Assembly (NCBI RefSeq): GCF_021028975.2
Contig: NC_059426.1
Coordinates: 145,142,001 to 145,206,000 of the forward strand
Reading direction: 5' to 3'
From: Sphaerodactylus townsendi
Taxonomy: Eukaryota
DNA length: 64,000 nt
Shown piece after piece: positions 12,135 to 26,111 of this stretch. The position numbers and the translations under genes are program-made. The notes below the pieces were generated by a model that saw only the letters and a list, made by a program, of their open reading frames with translations, searched no databases and was not told the origin of the DNA. Positions within the stretch are counted from its first letter, which is position 1. Every line of letters starts with the position of its first letter.

Positions 12135-12335
12135 TTTATGAAACTGTCTTCTACTGAGTCAGATCATTGGTCTATCAAGGTCAGTGCTGACTACTCTGAC
12201 TGGTAGCAGCTCTCCAAGGTCTCAGGCAGAAGTCATTCACAGCACCTGCGACCTGGACCTCTTTAGATATGCTAGGGATTGAACCTGGGACCTTCTGTGT
12301 GGAAAGCAGATCCTATATTGTTGGGCCATAGCCCC
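12135..12335 (-). mobile_element. tRNA-headed SINE remnant
   Basis: Antisense B-box gggattgaacctggga; body shared with copies near 11970, 27340-27495 and 60600-60760. Confidence 0.65.
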
Positions 12336-12602
12336 CTATGTAGTTATGTCTCTTCTACAGTTACAGTAGATCCATTGTTAAGTACAAGTGTGAAATAATG
12401 CAGTTTGCTTGGTCTCATGCTTCAGCAGTCTTGAGCTTGTGCAAATGCATATACAGCAGCAGTGATTTCAGTGGACCTTGGGAATAGAACTGCAGCACAA
12501 GAAGAAGAAAAAAACTTTTGGCACTTCATCATCTGCTTGTGTCTCTCCACCTTCTTGAAATTGCTGTTGAAATGCAGTTTGGACCAGAATCTCCATGCTG
12601 AT

Positions 12603-12730
12603 ACTTAGACTCAAGTCCAGCAGTACCTTAGAGACCAACAAGATTTTTGGGGCAGTGTTTGAGAACCAAATCTCCCTTCATTAGAAAATCTTGTGGGTCC
12701 CTAAGGTGCTGCTAATCTTGAATCTAGCTG
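12603..12730. mobile_element. Penelope-like terminal remnant forming an inverted repeat
   Basis: Arms 12605-12647 and 12685-12727 are complementary; the spacer resembles the element at 60800-60890. Confidence 0.6.
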
Positions 12731-15700
12731 TTCTAGTCCAGACCAGCATGGCTGCCTTCTGAAGCTAAGCTGATATTTAGTGCTCTTCGTAAAAGAATCT
12801 GCAATATCCTTCATTTTCCATGCATATAGGAAGTCTTAAGTAGTTAGTGCAAGACTGAATTATTTTGGCTAGTTTAAGTTCTATGCAAGCACAGAATAGA
12901 GCCATATTTAAACACTAAAAGGTAGCCTGTAGCTATGATAAACATAAGCAGTGCTCCTAGTGGAAATCTATTCTAAAGAGACAGAAAAGGGCTTTTGTAG
13001 CAGGCTACATGAATTGTGAGTTTTGTGGAAATCAACAGGTAGTACTTCCAATCTTGACAGAATTTGTGTTCCAAAATCCAGGCTGGCAGGTCTTTTTGCA
13101 TGATCAGAGCTACCTATGCAGAATCAACTAATTGTTTTTTCTTTTTATGTCATGTTAGCTGGCCAGCAATGACATCTATCAGGAAAGTGCCTGATCACAG
13201 CTTCATCCTTGCTTCTGGGAATTCTTATTCAGAGCCAGGAAACCTCTGAAATCTAGTATTAGGAAACATCCTGGGTCACGTTTGAAACAGGATTCAGGCC
13301 TAGCACCCCTGGCCTGATCCGGCTGGGCTGTTATGAAGAAAATACGAGACAATGTCATGAGGCAGTTGCCTCAGATCTCTGCTGTTATTTATACATGCTT
13401 GTTCCCTGCCTTACCCTGAATGTCCTGGAAGGGTTACAGCCTTGTGCTCAAAAAGACAAAATGTCCACCTTAGTGTCTGACACAATGTCTGTCTCAATGA
13501 CAACCACTGTTCACCTGTTTGTTCACAATCAGGATTCCTGAGACGTGCTTTTCCTTAACTCTTCTTACAATCGCATAGCAGCATCTTGGGCAGGGAAGGC
13601 AGCTGTATTATTCCCCATAAGGCAGCTGAGCTCATGCTCTCTGCACACAGATTCCAGAGCAGACTGAATGATTAATGGGATGTGTCACTTGTAGCCTAGA
13701 CGTGCTCTGGCGGGCTGGTGGACTCTTCACTTGTGCTGATTAGGTATTAGGAACACCTAGCTGGGAAAACAGGTGGGTTTTTTAAATTAGAAATTGCTGG
13801 GCAGGGCTGTGGCAGCCAATTGTGTTGGGGGGTCACTGGAAGCCCTGGACTCCCCTATCTGTTTAGCTGTGTTTTGAAGGTGGCTCATGATCTATTGTGC
13901 ATCTTGCATTGCTTGGTGCCTTGAGACAAATGGGTACTCTGTGGTCTCTGGTGTCAAAACAAATGCCATGCAAATCCTGAAGCAGTGAAATGGAAGTGGC
14001 AGATTGGAGACATGGAATAGTAGCCTCACCCTTTGTCTGGCAGTAGTGTGTAGCAGTGGCTGGATCAGCATTATTGTGGATGTTCCAGATGTGCTTGGCA
14101 TGACATCCCTTTAACAGGCTTTCCTCCCCATTATTCTTTGATATATCTGACAAAAGAAAACCCTGCCCCAGTATATAGTGAGGTTTCCTGCCCCTCTCAG
14201 CAAACACCACTGACATGGCGGTGAAGGACAATATATGAGAAGGTTTTTATGGGGAGTTTTACTCAACAATATGGGAGTGAATGCACCTGCTTCAGCCTCT
14301 GCTAGATTACCCTGCCATCCTATATGAACTCAAGGATGTACCTGGACTCAATCTCCTCCACACTGAGTCTCCAGAGCTGGGCTACTTACCTGGCCCATGG
14401 CCACTGGAGGGCAGGAAAGGTGCCAGGGCTGCCTGCATGAGGCAAACAAGAGAATCAACCAGCAGATGATTGAGGAACAACTGGACCAGGAAAATAGGCA
14501 AGGCAGGGTCAGACACAGCTGTGGGGGGCTATTGGGTGAATGGGGAATGATTGGCTCCTTAAGGAGAGAGGAGGTTGGAGTAAGCCCAGGGAGGGAAATT
14601 AAAAGTCTTCACAAACAGGTTGAGGAGGAAGAAAGAGTTCAACACCTGAGGGGAAGGCTGAATGCTATTCCAGTGGAGAAAAGGAGGGATATGTAGTTCT
14701 CAGCTGACACTCTACCTTCCCCACTTCTGAGGCCTGAAGAGCCCCAATGTGGAAGGCCTGACAACAGGGAGCAGAAGTGACATTGCAGAAGGGGTGCTTC
14801 CATATCCTTCCTCTTTTTGTTGCACGATTAATAATAATTATAGTGCAACCCTATGCAGACTGTACCAAAAGTTAGGTGCAATGCAATGCTAAGCAGAGTC
14901 ACACTTTTCTGTACTCTGTTCTACAAATAGATGATAGTTCGGTGAGTTGAGGTGCAGCAGTTGTGGAAGTTGTATGCTTCCACATTAGAATATAGTCCTG
15001 AATGAACATGAGAATTATCATTCATTTTTATGTGCTGCCTTTGTCAAAACCATTATTTTGTGCATTATTGAACATGGTACTTTGATACAAGAGCATTTAT
15101 GTCAAAATGTATTTTTACTTTCCAACAGATGGCAGGGAGCAGGGCTAAGTAGGTGCTAGGACCCAGGTGGAACATTCTACAACAATGAAGGTCCAGCATG
15201 CTTTGTTCTGTGGCTAAGGAATATACAATCTACTCTCATTTTTTCTGTGGAACAGAGTATAGTGTGGCATTGATAGTGCTGTCTTTACTGCCATCAGTTA
15301 AAGGTGTTCAGGTGTGCGACCTGTGATCATTCTAGAATCTCCTCTAGTCTCCATTCCCCTGGGCTTTCTCTGTTCTTTTCCCCTACTGCTGGCTGGTTTT
15401 TCCCCCATGTCTTTTCCTGCTGAACCAAGCTTTACTCCTTCTCTATGGTTTTGCTCCCTGCCCCCCTCCACTTCTGGCAGTGGTGGTTGGCCCAACAATT
15501 CAGTTACCATTTTGGATTGTTATGAGAAATCAACACTCTGCCCAAACTCTAGTTTCTTTTTGTGATATGTTCACATGGGCAGACCTTGCTCTTAACGTTG
15601 GAGGAGGGGGTCACTCCCTTTCTTTTTATTGTTTTTACACATCAAATATTTCTTGGAACTGGCATGGCTGGATGTATTTTATAACCTGCCGAAGGGCTTA

Positions 15701-16152
15701 TATAAGTAGCATTGGTTGGCAACCCCCTGTGGAGATTTCGAGATAGAAGGAACTCTCTCTCCCATTTATATCAGGTTTATATCCTATGCAAAAATAAGTT
15801 CCATTCGATCTATTATTTGTTTATATAGGTTTATACTTTTTTAATATTAATACACATTTTAAAATTGATTTGTTGTATCTTTTTTCCTTTTTGTGGATGT
15901 TTTTACATTGAGAAATATTAATAAAAATATTTAGAGATTTCAATGGGAAGAGACTCATTAGTTTCAAATGCATATTAGCGTGGTTGATGTAACTTCTGGT
16001 AACATGGCCACCACATTTTCCCCCTGATGCCCACCAGAGCGAGGACAGACAATAGGGAGAGGGAGTTCCCCTGCTTCACCCAGCAAATGACTCATCTGTA
16101 CATATTAGTGCTTCAAGTTTTTTTAAATAAGTTCATCATGGTTTTCAATAAC

Positions 16153-16400
16153 GGGCGTTTCCCCACTCTCGAAGATCCCCCCTATGCCGCGCGCTACTCT
16201 CAGCGCACTGCATCCCTGGCGCGCGCCCGGCCATCCCCATGCCCCCACACTCTGCGTGGGGTCATCAAAAGGCACCATTTACAAGAGCGCCAGGGATGCC
16301 GCGCGCTGAGGGGGCGCGAGAGGGGCAGCGTTGGGGCGGCTGCGCTGTCACCGCCCCTGTCATGGGGAGAACCCGGGACCCCGCGCTACTTCAGGAAAGT
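16153..16400. mobile_element. CpG-rich truncated PIF/Harbinger-like MITE
   Basis: Starts gggcgtttccccact; internal inverted repeat catccctggcgc / gcgccagggatg; right TIR missing. Confidence 0.45.
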
Positions 16401-16970
16401 ATATTGGTGGTACATTGGTCACCTCCCAATGTTCTCATGGGCAGGATGCTTTAAGTAGCAAGTAACAAATGTGGGCTTAGCAGTTTTACAGATCAGGCAG
16501 TTTATGAACCCTTGTGCAAGTGCCGTCTGAGCATGGCAGTTAGTTATTTTTCTACACTGCTGGGCAATTCAGAATCTACTTTTTAAACTTCATCCTTTGT
16601 ATTTAATTCTGAAGTTGGACCTGGAGTACAGATCCAAAAGGGAAAAAAAGTCCAATGGAGCCAGGGACAGAAAGTGGAGATAATTCAGAAAACCTGGGGA
16701 AAAATACATTTGAATGAGAGATGGGATAAAATAGAATTGTTTCAGATGTCAAGTTCTTGTGAAATTTCTTCATGAAATCTCAGTCGCCATTTTGAATTCT
16801 GTAAGTAGCTATGGTGATCTAGGCAATCCAAAATTGTTGCTGGAGTTCCAGTTTGAAACTAGAGGCAAATCAGGGAGAAGAAAGGAGTGAGCGGGCAGGA
16901 AAGACAAGAAGGATATGGGTGGCCATGAATATGGAGAGAGTATAGAAAAATGAAGCAAAAGTGGAAAGGA

Positions 16971-17344
16971 NNNNNNNNNNNNNNNNNNNNNNNNNNNNNN
17001 NNNNNNNNNNNNNNNNNNNNNNNNNNNNNNNNNNNNNNNNNNNNNNNNNNNNNNNNNNNNNNNNNNNNNNNNNNNNNNNNNNNNNNNNNNNNNNNNNNNN
17101 NNNNNNNNNNNNNNNNNNNNNNNNNNNNNNNNNNNNNNNNNNNNNNNNNNNNNNNNNNNNNNNNNNNNNNNNNNNNNNNNNNNNNNNNNNNNNNNNNNNN
17201 NNNNNNNNNNNNNNNNNNNNNNNNNNNNNNNNNNNNNNNNNNNNNNNNNNNNNNNNNNNNNNNNNNNNNNNNNNNNNNNNNNNNNNNNNNNNNNNNNNNN
17301 NNNNNNNNNNNNNNNNNNNNNNNNNNNNNNNNNNNNNNNNNNNN
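16971..17344. other. Assembly gap (374 N)
   Basis: Run of N. Confidence 1.
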
Positions 17345-20300
17345 AGGGGCTGTGAGGGGGAGGTAAGCTGAGATTAGCACAAGAAGAAGGACCAGAGGGG
17401 AATGAGGACCTCTCTGGAACTCCTTGTGGTTTCCACGACTTGTAACCTTTATTTGACATAGTTTCTCTCTCTCTCTTTTGCCATTAAGTCATAGCTAACC
17501 TAGGGTGACCCTTACCATTGCCTGCCTCTGGTATTTCTTGACGATTTCTCATCAAAATACTAGCCAGAATGAAGGCTGAGTATGTGTGACTGGTCCAGTG
17601 TCACCCAGCACATTTCCATGGCAGAGTGGGGATTGGAATCTGGTTCTCCCATATCTTAATCTGACACCTTAATCACTTCATGTTTTGCCACCTTTAAAAA
17701 CTGGTTTAGAATGGGTATTCCTTTACCATCGTGTGCTGTGAAGACAAAAGCAAAAAAGAATTCATTGAGCTCCATGTGATTAGCAGTGAATCTTGGTTAA
17801 GAACTGTCTATGCTTAAATAAAACATCTTCTTTGGGATTAGCTTGGCTCCTCATCATTTGCTTCAGTTAAGTGAAATCCAATGAAAGAGGAACCCAGCTG
17901 AGAGTTCATTGCCCAACTCCAGGTAGACACAATACAGCTAATTCTTCATGTTAGTGTAAACCCTAGTGGAATTAATGTCATGGTCTGAGGAGTCTCTACC
18001 AACTAGGTGGAAGCTTTGAGCTTACTTCCAGCTTAGTGTCTCTGTTTCATTTTATATCCCAGGGACGAGATGAATTTAGGAACTGGGATGTTTGTGGACA
18101 CATGAGAGAAGATAAGATCTGGGAGGAGGGGTATCTGCATCAGCAACCAACAAAATATAAATTCCTTCTCAACTAGAGGTTGTCGGATACTTGATGTGCA
18201 ACAGGAGAAATGCTGACTCATCAAGAAAATGAAAGGATTTTTGCTTTGTCTAGGAGGCAGTAAATCAATAACTCTTTGATTATGCACCTACCTGGATCCC
18301 CATTTTGTGGGAGGCTGTCTTTCTTTAATATGAGTTGCAATATCCATGAATGACTGCAAGGAAACAGTACATGATTATTTTGGTAGTTTCCATTTTCCCT
18401 GTTTATTCACACATCTGCTGCCCATATAACAACTGACCTCTATAGAATATTCTCCTTATACAAGGATGGGGAATTTCTTCACTAAAAGTATTGTTTGGGA
18501 GGACACTGGAAACCTCCAACAAGACCTAGCTATTATACGTATTTTGAGAGCTTGTTCCATCCTTCACCAATTTGTACTCAAGGCTTGCCTGTATCATGGC
18601 TCTGCAGTTCTGAGGGTCAGTGTACATTGCAACTCTCCTAAAGACCAGTCCTATTTATAGATTTTCTCCTAGATTGTTATTATTATCACTCATTGCCAAA
18701 TCAAGAGAACATCATGTTTTCCCACCTGGAATAGTAGAAAATATATGCCTGTTGGTCTTCTCAAAGAGCCGTCAGTTCTGTGGATGGAATATGTTGCGTG
18801 GACTGAAAAAAAGTCATACTCTCCAATACTGTGGTTCAAAGGGTCCCATAAGAATGAATAGTGGTCTTTGCTACCTCAAAGGCAGTGGCCTGGATCCTTC
18901 TGTTTCATTCTATTAGTGCCCATAAGGTGACTTCTGCTGATGCAAGACATTCTTGTGTTGACACAATGCAATACGTTGAGTCAGCGGAAGGTGCCTTGCA
19001 CTGGAAGAATGCGCTGATGCTGGCTGAATAAAATGGTAGGTCCATCCAGTAAACTGTGCTATGAAGATTTTCCCTAGGATATGTCACATACCAATCCCTT
19101 AAGGCATCACTGTCCTCTTTATGGTTTTCTCTTAATATAGCCATTATTATCATTTTGGAACTGGCCACAGTGGGAAACATCATGTGATATGAATTCTGTT
19201 CCTTTAGGTACAAAATTATCCACCCAGTGGTGTTTAAACACAGTCTCTCCATTCGGGCAGCCAAATGCGGATGGGGCAGAGAACGCAGCTGGGGATGATG
19301 TGACAAAGATGGTGTCATGCCATCTCCAAAGGGACTTTGGGTGGCGGAGGGCGGAGGGAAATAAAAAAAACTCTCCTGCTGTCCAAATTGCCCCGTTGGA
19401 GAAACAGGCTTATGCTACACTTTTGTGTGTGTGGCTCCGCATGATGGCGTCTTTGCTTTCCCCACCAGCGTAGGTGACCCTTAGCATAGGCGACCCATGG
19501 AGGGATGTGCCAGTGCAGATCTTTGCCTTCCCCAAATACCAATGAGACCGCCCCCCCCCCAGCTGGATTGGGCCGGAAGTTCAACATTCTGGCCTCTCTT
19601 CTACAAAGCTCTATAGAGACAGTGCTGTACTGATCTGTTATAAAGAAACCTGTACCTGTGATTAACATATAGAAGTTCCATTATTTTTAAGTAATGGAAT
19701 CAAATCAGATGGGTGTTAAAATTACTGACCATGATCCTGCAGTAGCAGAATCATGGAATTACAATGGTAGTCCTTAGGTGCTGTCTATTAATAGCTTTTC
19801 CTAGCCAGGGGAATGTGGTATTATACAGTTCAAGAGATTGCTGGGTTAAAGAGTTCAGCTGTATGCTCCAGACCATTATTATATAAGTATTATGAATGTA
19901 CATGCTAAAATAAGAAGCCTTGCCTGTAACTTCAAATGAGGGTTAGATACAGTGATTGCCTGGGCTTAATTGTAGGCACTGATTTTGTAGAAGACCAAGG
20001 TGTATTTGTACAAAGGATTTATTTTTTTTTCACCCCAGCCTTAGTTCGTGTCTCAGTTACTGAAATAAATACTGGAGGCACGGTATTCTGGAGCCGAAAA
20101 GGAAAGGTTTAAAAGTATCCTGCCAATGATGCTGCTAAAATGAAAGGCCAGCCTCTTCTGGCCTCATCTGCCAGAATATGAATTAAAATGTCCATTATAA
20201 TGAAATCCCATTATAATTAAGAAATCAGTGAGATTGAATGAGAAAATTAGTTGGATCCAACGAAACACAAGAATCTTCCTTCTATTCAGGGCAGAAGGTC

Positions 20301-22574
20301 CACAAAGTAAGTGATTACTACATTTAATAATCCCATCACAGCATCAGTAATCTATAATTTAAAAAATCCAAAATGAAAAGTCTTACAGGTCTCAGATTTC
20401 CAGTTGTTCTCAGGAATGAATGTTATTTTAATTTAGCTTGAATATACTTGTGCCTGCTCAGTGCAATGCTCCAGAACATGCTTAGTCGTGGTATCATGTT
20501 CCAGAGCTATTTGTAAATACTAACCATAGTGCAAGGTTCAGAGCACACATAAATGTTTGAATTGCATGTTATTGCTTACATGAGATTTACAGTGCACTCC
20601 TAACCTAAGTAATTCCCTTCTAAGTCTCTTGACTTCATTGCACTTAGAAGGTATACCTCCATTTTGGACAGCACTATTTATAACCAACGTTTGGTGAATA
20701 TTCAGATTTTGATATTAGTTTAATGAAATGTCTATAAATGTTGATAGTCAGTCAATCTTTATTATGGCCATAGACCAACATAGACCGTCATAAGGTAAAT
20801 AAGAGACTTACAATTAAAATGATAAAATATATTAAACCTGTAAATATATATCTAAAAGACTCGACTGGCAGAAGAAAATTGGGAACATAAAAAGGTCTGG
20901 AAACATAAGGGGGATTTTTTGATTTGATTTGATTTTTAATTTATATACCGCCCTCCCCCGGATGGGATAAGAACATAAATATTAAAAAGAGATAAGGCAT
21001 AAGGGAACAATAAAATTGGCCAATAAAAGGCTATTACTATTAGATCTAGTAATACAACCTTGGTATTCATTAAGCCTGTTTTATAGCACAGACCATCCTG
21101 CTACATACTTCAAGTGCTGTTGCACACTGGCAATGCTGTATGTTATATCAGGATTTTTAAGCAGCCGGGAAATATAAAATTGACTTGTGTGACCTGGAAA
21201 TCTGTACAGCAATAACAAAATAAAACTAGTACATATATTTTTATTGTGCTGACAATGGAGAAACATGTCCTGGAGTCATTTTGTGAGTGTCAGATATGCA
21301 GAGATTGATCAGTTAATGTTGCCAACCACCTAACGTTTAATGTCCAATTTACTGGCATATCTGTAAAAAAGAAGAGAAATATATATTTACATTTGGCCAT
21401 GTCACAAGGTATCTATACAATTGTCAGTGTTCACATGTGAATTTTCATTAAATGTTGGCTGTTGCTAAGCATAGATATGAAGTGGTTTGAACATTCAAAA
21501 CCACTTACCACCCTCTTCCAGAAAGTTGGAGTCTTTCCTTCTGTCTGACTTTCTCCAACAACTCTTTGGAGAGCCATTTAAAGTGCAGGATGTCTCCTCG
21601 GAGTGCAGAGAGGCTTCTGGATTTGCTGAGCGTACTGGGATGCCATCTTATCAACGCAAGCAATGATGTCAAGGACTTCATTCCATTCTGCATTTTGATT
21701 CATATATTCTAGTATTTGGATATTGCAGTAACTTTATTGATAATCCTTGCTCAGCAGGGTGAAGGTGCACAATCTCCAGCAGATAACATAAGCAAAAAGA
21801 AAAAATGTATTTGCTCATGATAAACAGAAGCTTACGGTATTCTGTCCCAGAGGCAATTTTTGACAAAGCAACATTAAATTTAGAGAATGAGACATACATC
21901 CTTTACATACTTCAATATCAAATTAGGGCAATTCCCTCCATATAATTTGATAATGCCAGGTGGTCTTGGTAAAAGCTAATTCATTTGAAAAGTCGGAGGT
22001 GGGAGCATATCCAGAATGTTCCAATATTCAGACACGTGGATAGATGAGAGTGCTATTTTGATGGGACCCCACTGTTCTGAGCATATATACTTGGTGTATA
22101 GGTGTGTTTGGACAACTAGGACGTTTGAATAACAGTGGGACTGATCATTGATCTTCTGCTCTAATTGGCCATCAGTTTCAGTTAGCGTCAAGATGCTGTG
22201 AAGAGCCTCAGCAGCCCTGGGCATTATCATGAGGACAGGCACCGCAGAACAATGGAGGAGTGACCATTATGAAAATTGGATCTCCCAACAAATGGATATA
22301 GCCAAATCCACAAACAATCCTTGACACTCCAAGGATTTGTTTCCCCTTCAAAAAGGTGCATCTTCACAGATAGGCTGTACTTGCAAACTGTGGGCCAAAC
22401 AGAAGATAAAAGTGCAGTCCCCAAAGAAATAAAAAATGTTTGCTGAACAGGAGTGGCAAGTGAGGGGGATAAAACCACACACGTATAACAATTACATTTT
22501 GCCCTTCAAATGTAGCTTATTATGAACAGATTTCTGTTCCTGAAAGCGCTTCAAGATGCACTTTCCAAGACAAT

Positions 22575-22592
22575 GAGGCCATCTAGTGGCAG
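22575..22592 (-). promoter_or_regulatory. Candidate CTCF site
   Basis: The reverse complement ctGCCACTAGATGGCctc fits the core CCASYAGRKGGC. Confidence 0.5.
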
Positions 22593-23506
22593 ATTGCCTA
22601 GCTACACATGGGTGTTGCCCAAGGGAGTAGGTAAACTTGAAGACCTGAAAGGTGATATTGCCTGCTGAGTTCGATCTGATTTGATGTCAAATGTATCCTG
22701 GCCACTTGCCAAGCTAAGCACCTTTTTGCTTTTTCCCTCTGCTTCTTCAGTTGATTTCAGAGAGGCTCTTCTGACTGATAGGGGAAAGATTAGGGATCTT
22801 TTAATAAGTCAAGATCATAACAGTGTAGCACAGGTGAGACTTTGAATGCCAGAGCCTACTAAAACTTCCCTTTGGGAAGAAGCCTTCACTCTTTATTTTT
22901 CTCTTGTTTATTTTGCTTAATGGTTTTTCCATAAAATGCACTTTATATCAAAAGGATGGAGGGAAAACATTCCAATGTTTTCTTGTTTTTTTGGCAACTA
23001 TTCACCAGCCTGTTTCTGGTTTCTACTGTATTAATAGTGTACATATGATCTGCTTTAAAAGTTGGAGCCTTTTCATGTCCCAAAGAATTCAATGGACTTT
23101 CTCCCAAGCAATTCTGCATATAGACTTGTTCTAGGAAACTACTTTCTCCTGTACACTTTTTGTAAAGCAGAAAGTCACACTGTTTATTTTTTATTTGTGT
23201 ATGTATTTTTTTGAATTTGTAGGCTGTTCTTCCCTGTTGGACAGGCTCAGGGTGGCTTACAACAATTCATGCAACAGTGCTAAAATTGACAATATAAAAT
23301 ACTACAATATAAACACAGCACCATAAATCTTAAATTTCAATCAACCAGATGACCAGAGGGGTGAATGAAACCTCTGGTCCAGGTTAAGGATAGCCAGATA
23401 TTTTGGGGGCCAGGGGCCACCAGTAGATTGTTATTAACTGAACGCAATTCCTTTAGTAACTGTGCAGCATAATTCGTTTTAAAAAGTTTGCAGTCCTATA
23501 ACCTCA

Positions 23507-23647
23507 GGCTCATTCCGCACATGCAGAATAATGCACTTTCAAACTGCTTTCAGTGCTCTTTGAAGCTGTGCGGAATGGCAAAATCCACTTGCAAACAGTT
23601 GTGAAAGTGGTTTGAAAATGCATTATTTTGCATGTGCGGAAGGGGCC
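23507..23647. mobile_element. PIF/Harbinger MITE
   Basis: TIRs ggctcattccgcacatgcagaataatgca / tgcattattttgcatgtgcggaaggggcc; 3-bp TSD tca. Confidence 0.85.
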
Positions 23648-24799
23648 TCAGAGAAAGTGGCCTGTTCCGCACAAATCCCTGAAAATGTTTTTTTAAACAT
23701 TTGTAAAATGTTTTCAGTCTCTCCCCGCCCCTTTACTATGATTTCTGCACTCAGTGCCTCCAAACAATTCCTGGCTACCATTTTGTAGGAAGTCACAGAC
23801 AGTGGAGCTTACTCTCTGTGTTACTCAGCTGTGAAGGACTGCATAGCATATCAATCATGGCTTGGAGTTAGTCCCACTGAAGTCTGTGGGGCTTATTTCT
23901 GAACTATCCAGACTTGGGCAGCAAGTCTCCAGTGTCATCCCAGGCCCCTCGTAAATGTATCAGGTCTGGCTGCTTAGAAGTGTAGGGTGTGATTGATTGA
24001 TAGTGCAATCCTATCATCGTACTCCATTTCAATGGATTAACTCTGTTTAGGATTGCACTTTAAATGCATATCAGGGATTTGTAGTGAATGTCTGGCTCAT
24101 GCTAATGCTGATGCCACATTAGCCAGTGTTTACCCCACCTCCCACCCCCCCACACACACTGTTCTGGCAAGAATGATGTCTACATGGTTCACTCCTGTGC
24201 AATACTGATTCTGTTACGAACAGGGTGATCTTTGACATTCTGGAGCAGCTGTGAGCAGCACAGATTTGTTGGCGTCAATGAGTGCTCAAATGTGTGAACT
24301 GACCATTTGTCTGCCTAGCACAGCAAGCTTACCTTTGAGGATTTATGGGCACGGAGGCAAATATGTGTATGGGGGAATAAAAGCGTTGTTGGATTAAAAT
24401 GGGGAATCAATGCTTCACAGAATAGGAACTGAATGTTCACTGAATGTTCAGCAGCGTCTCCTGCGTGACTTCACTGTGGGGTTGAAGGAAGAGTGTGATT
24501 CCACACAATGTTGATTAAACCAGAGCCCAGGACTTTGTTTCAGAGTCTTTGAATGATGAGCTTGCCCTTCATGGTGCGTGAAGGATGAAGCTGCTCCTTT
24601 GTTGCAGGACAGACTACTTGTGGCCTTCTTTTTCAACTGTGGATAGGTTTGAAATACTGATGACTAGCCTGCTATGAGTAATAGATTGGCTTTGCATACT
24701 CACCTCCTGTGTTCCAATAACAGAATTATTACAGGATGCTTCTCTCCTTCTTCCCTTTTCTCTATTTATGGAAGGGAGGAGGGAAGGTGGCATGGTATA

Positions 24800-24975
24800 T
24801 TTCAGTCTTGTCAGATCTTGGAAGCTAAGCAGGACCAATACTTGGAAGGGAGACCTCCACAGAAAACTCTGCAGAGGAAGGCAATGGCAAATCACCTCTG
24901 CTTCTCACTTGCCTTGAAAGCCCCTTGCTGTGGTCACCATAAATCAGCTATGACTTGATGGCACTTTACACATAC
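24800..24975 (+). mobile_element. 5S rRNA-headed SINE
   Basis: gtcagatcttggaagctaagcagg...tacttggaagggagacc is 5S-like, followed by a ggaaggcaatggcaaa tail. Confidence 0.8.
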
Positions 24976-25220
24976 ACACCTATGTGTGTATGTATGTGTG
25001 TGCATATAATATATATAATCTGGTTTCCAATTTGTTTCTGGGCCCAATTCAAGATGCTGGCCTTGACCTTGAAAACCGTATAGAGTTTAGTACCATTATA
25101 CCTTACGGACTGCCTCCATCCATATTCTGAAGTCCTGCTTCAGGTGCCTGTACCTTTTGAGGCTAGGTGATATTCTGAGAGAGGGCTGTCTAGATGAATA
25201 CCTTTTTTGGGGGTCTGGCA

Positions 25221-25358
25221 CAGGGGTCTTCAAACTATGGTCCTCCAGATGTTCATGGACTACAATTCCCATCAACCCATGCCAGCATGGCCAAGTGGTA
25301 GGGCTCATGGGAATTGTAGTCTATGAACATCTGGAGGGTCATAGTTTGAAGACCCCTG
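25221..25358. mobile_element. hAT MITE (near-perfect hairpin) next to an L2 fragment
   Basis: ~50-bp TIRs caggggtcttcaaactatg... / ...catagtttgaagacccctg; no TSD match. Confidence 0.85.
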
Positions 25359-26111
25359 GCATTTCTACCAGTAACCCCTCCTTCCTGCTTTATGTTCTAA
25401 TAGTTGTGTTTGTGTGTTAAGCTAGGATTGCCAGACTTTGGCTGTCTGTCCTAGGCAGGGCAAGCAGATGTTGGAAGCAGGGCTAGCAGATGTAGTGAGA
25501 AATCTTGACATCACAGGATTCATAACCAAAAGTGATGTCATGACCTTGCATGACACTCTAGGAATTCCCCAAGTCTCTTTGTGGTTTTTACCATAGAGAT
25601 TTGTGAAATTCCTAGAGCATCACACAATGCTGGTTCCCTCATCCTTCTGATCCTTCATTGAGCAGCAACAGGAGTCCAGAAGCTGGAGCAACCCTAATTT
25701 TAGTTTTGGTTTAAATTGGATTTATGGTTTGTTTTGATATTACTCTGTTATCATTGTGGACTAGAGGTGCCTAGTAGTCTTAATTTGGCAGAAAAGCTGA
25801 ATATATATTTTGTAAAATAAATAAATTTAGTGTCTGCGGAACAGTAACATCATAGTTCCAGGCATGCATTATATCCAGCACACTTCAGAAAACTTCACAC
25901 AGGAAGTTCACACAGGATACTTTCACATCTATTGTCCTCTGTGTGTGATATCTATCTGACTTGGAATACCAGTAACTGTTATTCAGATACTGTCCCAGCA
26001 TGGAGTCTCATATGGCTTCACCCCAGTTCTTAGAAAATCTTTAGGCACTTTTTTCTGAAGTTTGCATTATTTCCTGGATTGATGTATAGTGTTTTCCCTT
26101 GTCGTTGACAG

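Noticed and set aside
16809-17459. Long ORFs containing X runs
   Set aside because: Artefacts of the N gap.
24800-24860. 5S rRNA gene
   Set aside because: Partial, diverged and fused to a SINE tail.
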